A stretch of 64,000 nucleotides of DNA from Acidimicrobiia bacterium (GTDB lineage: Bacteria; Actinomycetota; Acidimicrobiia; Spongiisociales; ZC4RG35), in contig CBDCBK010000007.1 of the NCBI GenBank assembly GCA_965214265.1, forward strand, positions 439 through 64,438. The letters run 5' to 3'. Made by a program: the position numbers and the translations under genes. Position 1 is the first letter of the stretch. Every line of letters begins with the position of its first letter. Under the pieces are notes generated by a model. The model did not search any database, was not told the origin of the DNA, and saw only the letters and a list, made by a program, of their open reading frames with translations. Shown here in pieces: positions 56,538 through 64,000 of this stretch.

Positions 56538-58850
56538 ATGCAACCCTCTCCCTCTGAGAAAAGAAACCGGGCCGTGCCGGGAGTTTTGCCCCCGTCAGGT
56601 CCCGACCGACTCGAGGGCGCCATTGAAAGGGTAACCTTCTTCAATGAGGAAAACGGGTTCTGCGTGCTTCAGGTCAAGGTCAAGGGGCAACGGGACCTGG
56701 TGACGGTGGTGGGCTCGGCGCCGATCGTCAACTCCGGGGAGTGGCTCAGCGCCGAAGGCGCCTGGGTCATCGACAAGAATCACGGGCGCCAGTTCAAGGC
56801 GGGCCAGCTCCGATGTCTCCCGCCCACGACCGCTGAAGGCATAGAAAGGTACCTGGCCAGCGGCATGGTCAAGGGCATTGGACCGGTCTACGCCCGCAAG
56901 CTGGTGCAGAAATTCGGCAAGGAGATCTTTGAAATCATCGAGGAGCATCCTGCCTGCCTGGAAGCCGTGGAGGGCATCGGTCCCGGCCGCAGGAGGCGCA
57001 TCACTCAGGCCTGGTCGGATCAGAAGGCGGTCCGGGAAATCATGCTTTTTCTTCACTCTCACGGTGTCGGAACCCGGCGGGCTACCCGGATCTACAAAAC
57101 CTATGGGGCCAATGCCGTCGCCCAGGTCCGGGAAAATCCCTACAGGCTGAGCCAGGACATCCCGGGTATCGGGTTCAAGACGGCCGACCAGATTGCCGGG
57201 AATGTCGGAATCTCGCGGGACTCCGCCCTGCGGGCGCGGGCCGGTCTCAACCATGTACTGCTGGAAGCGACCCAGGCCGGCCACTGTGCGCTTCCCGACG
57301 GGCAGCTCCGCCAGGAGGCCGTGAAGGTCCTTGAAATCTCCGAATCCATCGTGGACCAGGCCCTGGACTGGATGATCGCTCGAGGACAACTGCTAAGGGA
57401 ACGCCTCGACGGGGAAGACCTGATCTTTCTGCCTCACCTGGCAGGCGCCGAAAAGGTCATAGCGGCCGGGATCGGGCAGTTGGCCCGGGGTCCCGCCAAC
57501 TATCCGCCGATCGACATCGAAAAGGCCACTGCCTGGTGCCAGCGGCGGTCGGGCACGACCCTGGCGGAAAGTCAGAAAGAGGCCCTGACCCAGGCCCTGA
57601 GGCACCGGGTCCTGGTGATTACGGGTGGACCCGGAGTGGGCAAGACCACCCTGGTGAACTCGATCCTGATGATTCTCCGAGCCAAGAAGGTGAAATGCCT
57701 GTTGTGCGCACCCACCGGCCGGGCAGCCAAGCGGCTTTCCCAGGCCACCGGACTGGAAGCCAAGACCATCCACCGTCTGCTGGAGGTCATTCCGGCCAGC
57801 GGTCGATTCGCCAGGAACCGGCGCAATCCCCTGCAATGCGACCTGCTGGTGGTCGACGAGTGTTCCATGCTGGATGTTCCGCTCATGAGCCAGCTGCTGG
57901 CGGCCCATCCCGCCAACGGGTCTCTGATTCTGGTTGGAGACGTGGACCAGCTTCCCTCGGTCGGGCCGGGGATGGCTCTGCACCATGTGATCGCCAGCGG
58001 GGTGGTGCCGGTGGTCCGGTTGAAAGAAGTCTTTCGCCAGTCGAGAGACAGCCGGATCGTCACCACCGCGCACGAGGTCAATCGCGGCAAGGCGCCGGCC
58101 CCGGTCTCGGGACCCTCTCCCGACTCGGACTTCTATTTCCTGGAGAGGGAAGATCCGGAGCAGATTGCCGGGTTGATGTCGAAGCTTATACAAGAGCGGA
58201 TCCCCGGAAGGCTGGGTGTCGACGCCATCCAGGACATCCAGGTGCTCTGTCCCATGCATCGCGGCTCGCTGGGGTCCCGGGAGGTGAACCGGAGACTGCA
58301 GGTCCTCCTCAACCCCGCTCGGCCGGGACGGGCCGAGATCGAGAAGTTCGGATGGAATTTCCGTGTCGGGGACAAGGTCATTCAGATGGAGAACAACTAT
58401 GACAAGAATGTCTTCAACGGCGACATGGGGTGGATAGAGATGATCGACCTCTCCGACCAGGGCGTGGCCATCCGATTCGAGAATCAGAAGGTGATCTACG
58501 ACTTCGGCGAGTTGGACCAGCTTTCTCCGGGGTACGCCATCTCCATTCACAAGAGCCAGGGGTCGGAATTCCCGGTGGTGGTCATTCCCCTGGCCATGCA
58601 GCAGTATCTGCTGCTTCAGCGCAACCTGATCTACACTGGGATCACTCGGGGTAAAAGGCTGGTGGTGGTGGTCGGGCAAGCCCGGGCACTGCAGGCGGCG
58701 GTCAGGAACAACAAGCAGGAGCGCCGCCACTCCGGACTTCTCAGCCGGCTGCGGGGAGATGCGGTGTCCGCGGTGCAGCCCGAGGTCCACTCCCCGGACA
58801 CTTCCCTCAAGAGCGCCCGCCCCGGACAGGGGGGGGTAAGGTCCCCCTGA
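56538..58850 (+). CDS. recD2: RecD2-type SF1 DNA helicase.
   Basis: N-terminal 'LEGAIERVTFFNEENGFCVLQVKV', Walker A 'ITGGPGVGKTT', 'LLVVDECSMLD', 'LILVGDVDQLPSVGPG', 'AISIHKSQGSEFP', 'YTGITRGKRLVVVVG'. Confidence 0.9.
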   Translation: MQPSPSEKRNRAVPGVLPPSGPDRLEGAIERVTFFNEENGFCVLQVKVKGQRDLVTVVGSAPIVNSGEWLSAEGAWVIDKNHGRQFKAGQLRCLPPTTAEGIERYLASGMVKGIGPVYARKLVQKFGKEIFEIIEEHPACLEAVEGIGPGRRRRITQAWSDQKAVREIMLFLHSHGVGTRRATRIYKTYGANAVAQVRENPYRLSQDIPGIGFKTADQIAGNVGISRDSALRARAGLNHVLLEATQAGHCALPDGQLRQEAVKVLEISESIVDQALDWMIARGQLLRERLDGEDLIFLPHLAGAEKVIAAGIGQLARGPANYPPIDIEKATAWCQRRSGTTLAESQKEALTQALRHRVLVITGGPGVGKTTLVNSILMILRAKKVKCLLCAPTGRAAKRLSQATGLEAKTIHRLLEVIPASGRFARNRRNPLQCDLLVVDECSMLDVPLMSQLLAAHPANGSLILVGDVDQLPSVGPGMALHHVIASGVVPVVRLKEVFRQSRDSRIVTTAHEVNRGKAPAPVSGPSPDSDFYFLEREDPEQIAGLMSKLIQERIPGRLGVDAIQDIQVLCPMHRGSLGSREVNRRLQVLLNPARPGRAEIEKFGWNFRVGDKVIQMENNYDKNVFNGDMGWIEMIDLSDQGVAIRFENQKVIYDFGELDQLSPGYAISIHKSQGSEFPVVVIPLAMQQYLLLQRNLIYTGITRGKRLVVVVGQARALQAAVRNNKQERRHSGLLSRLRGDAVSAVQPEVHSPDTSLKSARPGQGGVRSP

Positions 58851-60104
58851 ATGATTACGGGGGAGTCATGGCATTTTTCAGGCAGGCTGAAGGTACGAGA
58901 GATTACAACCCATCCATCGACGGAGGTCATCGTCACCATGTTTTCCATCGCAAGTTCACGGCTCGATCCGCCTGGTCGGAACCAACCGTCCAAAATCGCT
59001 TCCGCAGGAATCAGGTCAAAGGCGGCAAGGCCCGGCTTGACCAGGACACCCGGGCTCGCATCCGGAAGGCCTTGGGCGAGTCGCGCCGGCATTGGATTGG
59101 CTGTCGGTCTCGTCTGGTTGCTGCTTGGCGTTTCCCACCAGGGAGCCGAACGATTCGTGGCCATCGACAATGTCTGTGCCTGGCCCAACCTGACCCTGAT
59201 GCCGGACGGAAGCGTGGTGGCAACCATCTTCAACCGGCCCTACCACGGGTCGGTCGTTGGTGACGTGGAGTGCTGGTCCAGCCGGGACGGCCGCCTGTGG
59301 GAAAAACGCGGCAGTCCCGCCATTCATGAGCCGGACAGCAATCGGATGAACGTGGCGGCCGGATTGGCCCATGACGGATCGTTGCTGGTGCTCGCCTCGG
59401 GATGGGGCGGCCGGGATTTCCGGGAAAAAATTCTGCCCACCGTGGTGGCGCGATCAGCCGACGGGGGCAGGAACTGGCGTCGAACTTTTTCGGTGCAATT
59501 GCCGGAGGAGGTGGATTTCCTGATTCCCTTCGGAGACATCGTTCAAGGAAAGGGTGAGCTGCTGGCGGCCAGTTTCTACCATGAGATCCCAGGGGCAGCC
59601 AACGCCTATGTGCTGTTCAGTCGGGACGATGGACGGAGTTGGGGCGAAGCCGTCAAGGTAGCACCCCGTGACTACAACGAGACGGCGCTGCTACGGCTGC
59701 GCTCCGATCGCTGGCTGGCCGCTTCCCGAAGTCACGGCGACGCCCATCTGGCGCTCTTTGTCTCGGGGGACGAGGGAAAACACTGGGCCAGGTCCGGACT
59801 CTTGACGCTTCCCGGGCATCATCCGGCTCACCTGATGGAGTTGGCCGATGGGCGCATCCTCCTGACCTACGGGATTCGGGAGAAAGGGCACCACGGCATT
59901 GGCTACCGTACCAGTCGGGACGAAGGCCGGACCTGGAGTCGTCCGACCCGGATCGTCAACCTCGAAGAGACCACCGACGGAGGATATCCGTCGACCATCC
60001 AGATGGCGGACGGGACCTTGCTGACTGCCTACTACAGCAATCGGATTCCCCAGCACCAGCGCTATCACATGGGAGCGGTGCGCTGGGTTCCGGAGACAGA
60101 GTAG
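58851..60104 (+). CDS. BNR/Asp-box beta-propeller protein (sialidase-like).
   Basis: Asp-boxes 'SSRDGRLW', 'SADGGRNW', 'SRDDGRSW', 'SGDEGKHW', 'SRDEGRTW'. A TM/signal segment 'IGLAVGLVWLLLGV' suggests a later start (for example, the ATG near 58938). Confidence 0.8.
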   Translation: MITGESWHFSGRLKVREITTHPSTEVIVTMFSIASSRLDPPGRNQPSKIASAGIRSKAARPGLTRTPGLASGRPWASRAGIGLAVGLVWLLLGVSHQGAERFVAIDNVCAWPNLTLMPDGSVVATIFNRPYHGSVVGDVECWSSRDGRLWEKRGSPAIHEPDSNRMNVAAGLAHDGSLLVLASGWGGRDFREKILPTVVARSADGGRNWRRTFSVQLPEEVDFLIPFGDIVQGKGELLAASFYHEIPGAANAYVLFSRDDGRSWGEAVKVAPRDYNETALLRLRSDRWLAASRSHGDAHLALFVSGDEGKHWARSGLLTLPGHHPAHLMELADGRILLTYGIREKGHHGIGYRTSRDEGRTWSRPTRIVNLEETTDGGYPSTIQMADGTLLTAYYSNRIPQHQRYHMGAVRWVPETE

Positions 60105-60317
60105 CTCCGGGTCTTTGCCCGGTTTCCCCTGATCGGGCATGGAGTTAGCCTCATTGGAACATTGCAACATCATGCGGGTTAAGCATGTCGGCCTTGAGAT
60201 CGGCGACATCGGCCTTGGTGGCCATGGACTTTAGCGCAGCCTTGACATCCGAAATGTCAAATATGGCGGCAAACTGCCCATGGCCCAACAATCGGCGTAG
60301 CGCCTCATTGCAGCCGC

Positions 60318-60566
60318 CTACCGGATTATCCAGTCGAGGAACTTGTTGATCAGGACCGCAAGACCGGCAATGGTGACTCCGATCTTCCATATCCTGGCTT
60401 CGAGTTTGTCAATGACGGCTAAAAGGTCGGCCTTGGTCGCCAACTCCGCATCGGAGCGGCTGATGGCGGCCACGACCGCTTCGGCCTGCCGGGAATCCAT
60501 GCCGGCGTCTTCAAGCTGCTTGATGGTGGCGTGGGTGTCGAGGGTGTCGAGGGTGTAGGTGGTCAT
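60318..60566 (-). CDS. DUF1640-like small coiled-coil/TM protein.
   Basis: 'FDT.....L..AG....QAEA...A........LATKADL......LE.R' followed by a hydrophobic tail 'IGVTIAGLAVLINKFL'. A second, partial copy of the 'ATKADVADLKADM' segment lies at 60151-60260. Confidence 0.6.
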   Translation of the reverse strand: MTTYTLDTLDTHATIKQLEDAGMDSRQAEAVVAAISRSDAELATKADLLAVIDKLEARIWKIGVTIAGLAVLINKFLDWIIR

Positions 60567-60831
60567 GGTGGTTTCCGTTGCCTAAAGCCTAGCACAATCC
60601 AAGCGGCCACAGGACTTCCCTTCACAGCCGGAGCCTCGCCTTCTCTGGAGGAAACTACAATTTTGGCCCGACCGGGCCAAAAAACAGGCCCGCATTTGCC
60701 CTGTATTGCGTTTTCTCGGGGTCGGGCGACCTGCAGCACCTGGCTTTTTCTCTCTGAAAGGGTTCTGCGGTTTGAGGTCGGCCCGATCGATGGTGACCGG
60801 TGCCGCCGCTGGATCCTTGTTCAGGGCAGGC

Positions 60832-61188
60832 TCACAGCAGTCTTCCCGCCCATTTGACCTCTCCGATCAACTCGGCCCGGTCGAGGTCCTGGCAGATGCC
60901 GGAGCGGAGGTGTCTGACCCGGTCCGTCGGGTCTTCTGGCTGAACGGAAGACTGGGGTGAAGCGGGTGTCCGCCGAGGGCCGATGTAGAACTCCAGGCCG
61001 AGGGCCTTGCAGATTTCGAAGGCCCGGTCGATGGAAGGGACCTGGGGGCGGCGGGAGTCGAGGATTCCCCTCAGAGACCAGGGGCGCAATCCCCGCTTCG
61101 ATTCCAGCTTTCTGGCGCCCAGGCCGGAGCGTCTCAGGGATTGCTGGATGGCGGTGCGGATCTGCTCAAATGGTTTTTCCCCGCGCAT
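60832..61188 (-). CDS. XRE-like helix-turn-helix protein.
   Basis: 'IRTAIQQSLRRSGLGARKLESKRGL....L.GIL.......PSIDRAFEICKALGLEFYIG' fits an HTH_3-type pattern loosely. Confidence 0.5.
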   Translation of the reverse strand: MRGEKPFEQIRTAIQQSLRRSGLGARKLESKRGLRPWSLRGILDSRRPQVPSIDRAFEICKALGLEFYIGPRRTPASPQSSVQPEDPTDRVRHLRSGICQDLDRAELIGEVKWAGRLL

Positions 61189-61346
61189 GTGGGTACATGG
61201 GATCGTAGAGGTTCCGCGTCCCTGTGCGGCTTCCCCCGGTCCGGTCCCTTGCGGGGGGCTTCTTGAGGGCCTGTTTGCTTCAAGCGGTCATCCCAGCGTT
61301 TTTTCCGCCTGCCGGACGTCGCTGAAACCTCATCACCGTGATCCTC

Positions 61347-61913
61347 CTAGGGTAGCAGGCTTCTCCCGGACACTTCGCCAGGCATTTCCGGGTCGGACCG
61401 ATGCACGTAGCCGGAACGGTCCGCGACCGGCTGACCGGTCTGCCACTCGTATTCCCCTGGACTGACTCCTGCCTCCTCCGTTTTGCCGCGGAGGCACTGC
61501 GCCATCCAGACCAGTTCCCCCATCACATCCTCGTCCGGCGGCCACACAGGATCGTTCAGTGTGGCGTTGTCGGGCACCATGACCTGAGAGCCGTCGGGTC
61601 CCATTTTGACTCGCCTGGCTACCAGTCCCTTGCTGGAGCGGACCAGGTAGATCCGATCGTTCTTCCTGTCTTTCCCGCCGGGGTTGACCAACACCAGGCA
61701 TCCGTCCGGCAGGGTCGGAGCCATGGAGTCTCCCATCACCTTGACCATATAGCACTGGGCAGGGTCGATGCCGTGGTAGAGGAGCCAGCTCCTCCTGAAA
61801 GGCACCCGGCCGATTTCCTCCGGGTCGAGATGGTCAGCCCCGCTGCCGATCAGGGTCTTGAGATGGCGGACCCCGACCTGATCCTCAAAAAACTTGGCGT
61901 ATTCGGGCCCCAA
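61347..61913 (-). CDS. S24 (LexA/CI-type) peptidase domain protein lacking an N-terminal HTH.
   Basis: 'VKVMGDSMAPTLPDGCLVLVN' holds the Ser-containing motif and 'VARRVK' the Lys region. It has a TTG start, and the open frame extends only 17 codons further upstream. Confidence 0.75.
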   Translation of the reverse strand: MGPEYAKFFEDQVGVRHLKTLIGSGADHLDPEEIGRVPFRRSWLLYHGIDPAQCYMVKVMGDSMAPTLPDGCLVLVNPGGKDRKNDRIYLVRSSKGLVARRVKMGPDGSQVMVPDNATLNDPVWPPDEDVMGELVWMAQCLRGKTEEAGVSPGEYEWQTGQPVADRSGYVHRSDPEMPGEVSGRSLLP

Positions 61914-61975
61914 GGCCTGTCGAATCTCGGACCGGATTACGGCGACCCAGTCGGGCGGGGGCGATCACGGGCCCG

Positions 61976-64000
61976 GTGAGGGTGACGGCTCAGGCAGGAG
62001 GGGTGAGCAACGGGGTCGAGTTCAGCGTGCGCCCTGCCATCAGCCTCGAGGCCTTCCGCGGCCGGTGGGAGTGGCGCCCGCCAGCGAGGATCAGGGTCAG
62101 CGTGCCGGAGGGGGAGGAGCCGGCCACCGACACGCCGGTTACCTTCACCTTCGGGGGGACGGCCGAAAGGGGGACCGACTATGAGATGGCGGCGACGGTG
62201 ACGTTGCCGGCCGGGGAACGTTCGGTGAGGACTCGGCTGGAGTTGATCGACGATGCGCACTTCGAACTGAGGGAGACGATCATTCTACAGGCGGCGGCCG
62301 CCGGCTACCTGGCGAGTCCCGAGGTGGAGGCGTTTATCTACGACGACGATCCGGCGCCGCTGACGCTCTCTGCCGACCCGGCCAGCGTGTCGGAGGCGGC
62401 CGGCGAGCGGACGGCGACGATCACGGTCAGCGTGCCGGAGGCGGTGGGGGCGCCCGTGGAGGTCACCCTCAACCGCTCGGGGACGGCGACCAGCGGGGTC
62501 GACTACACCCTGGCCGAGACGGTGACGATCCCGGCCGGGACCTCGACGACGGCGACGCTTCAGGTGATCGACGATCGGATCGACGAGGGCACGGAGACGG
62601 TCGAAGTCCAGGCCGGTGCGGACGGGTATGGGCCCAGTGACGCGGTGGCGGTCCCCATCGGCGACGACGATACCGCCGGCCTGACGGTGACCCCGGCCGA
62701 TCTAAGTCTTACGGAGGGCGGGTCGGGCCAGTATGAGGTGAGGCTCGACTCGCAGCCTTTACACCCCGTCACGATTACCATCGCCAGCAGCAACCCCGAC
62801 GTGGAGGCGCCCACCCCGCTGAGCTTCACGGCGGATAACTGGAATCAGCTCCAGGCGGTCACGGTCACGGTGGCCCACGACGACGACGCCACCGACGAGA
62901 GCGCCACCGTCACCCACACGGCCGAAAGCGGTGACCTGAACTATCAGGGGATTCCCGTCCCCGGCGTCTCGGTCAGCGTGAGCGATGATGATAACCAACC
63001 GCCGCGGTGTGATTCCATTGCTACCCGGATTCTCAGGGTGGCGGACAGCCAGACGGTGGACCTGTCCGAGTACTGCAGCGACCCCGACGGGCACGACCTG
63101 GACTACACGGCCAGCTCCTCGGACACGAGCACGGTGACGGTGTCGATCGACGGCAGCAGCTTGACGCTGACGGGGGTAGCGTTGGGGAGTGCGGACATCA
63201 CGGTCACGGTAACGGACCAGCCGGGAGAATCTCAGGACAGCCTGTCCATGGTGGAGTTCCCCGTGACGGTGCCAAACGGGACGCCGGTGTGCAGCGACAT
63301 TCCTGTCCAGATTCTGTGGGTGGCGGACAGCCAGACGGTGACCTGTCCGAGTACTGCAGCGATCCCGACGGGCACAGCCTGGACTACACGGCCAGCTCCT
63401 CGGACACAAGCAAAGTGACGGTGTCGATGACCGGGAGCCGCTTGACGCTGACCGGGGTTGCTGCCACGGCAAGCCCACACCCGAGGGTGACGGTCACGGT
63501 GACCGATGGGCACGGGGGGTCGGACTCGGTGGAGTTTCCCGTGACGGTGAGGGAGAAGCCGTCGTGTGATCTCTCGTCGATTTCCGACCAGACACTCTTT
63601 GAGGATGAGGAGAGGATGCTACCGCTCTCCAGCGTCTGTGACGTGACCTACAGTGCCAGCTCGTCGCCCTCGGGTATCGTGACGGTATCGGTCAACAACA
63701 GCACGGACGAGCTGACGATCCGCGGGCAATCGGTAGGAACGGCGACGGTGACGGCGAGGGTGACGAAGTCCGGATATGAGCCGGATTCGGTGTCGTTCCA
63801 AGTGACGGTGGAGGAGCGGCCGCCGTCTCCGGAGGCCTTCATCAGCGCCAGTTCGGTAATCCTCGACGCAGACGGCTGCACGACGTTGAACTGGGAGACG
63901 GAAAATGCGGCAAGCGCCTCTATCAGCCCAGGCGTTGGAGTTGCAGTAAAGCTCAACAAGGAGCAGTCACATCGGGTCTGCCCGGATGCGAAGCAGCAAT
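61976..64000 (+). pseudogene. Calx-beta / Ig-like repeat adhesin fragment. It is 5'-truncated, has one frame break near 63340, and continues off-window.
   Basis: Calx-beta-type 'FTFGGTAERGTDYEMAATVTLPAGERSVRTRLELIDD' and 'LNRSGTATSGVDYTLAETVTIPAGTSTTATLQVIDD'. It is followed by repeated 'D(L/Y)..YCSDPDGH.LDYTASSSDTS.VTVS' units. The second unit lacks one G at 63338-63341 relative to the first (63051-63070). After the shift the frame stays open to position 64000. Confidence 0.8.

Noticed and set aside
60172-60183. 'ATGCGGGTTAAG', which resembles a MITE right terminus next to the partial DUF1640 copy.
   Set aside because: Only the 7-nt core matches and the rest of the 15-nt TIR is absent. This is too short to distinguish from chance.

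Overview
GC-rich bacterial window. The gene content suggests an Acidobacteriota- or PVC-type genome: a PSCyt/DUF1549/DUF1553 plus DUF1501 pair, and very long CarboxypepD_reg-type TonB receptors. This placement is inference only. I saw no rRNA, tRNA or CRISPR array. The first 26 kb holds three linked paralogs of a giant secreted FN3/cadherin-like surface protein. The central copy (9120-19415, about 3430 aa) is intact and has an S8 peptidase plus GLUG head. A second copy (20977-26210) has an M14 carboxypeptidase head on the same cassette of roughly 3.5 kb (stalk plus C-terminal domain). A third copy (1-4098) enters from the left edge. Both outer copies carry one 1-nt frame break. The copies are mosaics of each other and are followed by decayed mobile DNA: a 505-bp IS4-type derivative with TIRs and a 9-bp TSD, a MITE family, and an IS1380-like remnant. 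A one-polypeptide GAF-PAS-kinase-receiver-OmpR protein lies divergent to the intact giant gene. The remaining genes are: a minus-strand PSCyt-DUF1501-unknown-GH33 sialidase block bracketed by inverted arrays of a composite hairpin repeat; a 1121-aa CPBP-type membrane protease coupled to a TAT oxidoreductase; a 2-hydroxyacid dehydrogenase; two TonB-type receptors; a DAACS symporter; two bactofilins; vapBC; a divergent His-rich TonB receptor / His-rich CDF pair (probable zinc module); recD2; a BNR protein; a small repressor-like remnant; and a 5'-truncated, frameshifted Calx-beta adhesin. At least four interspersed or tandem non-coding repeat families fill the intergenic space. The lead candidate for something new is the head-swapping, mosaic, multi-copy surface-protease cassette, with its uncharacterised duplicated C-terminal domain.
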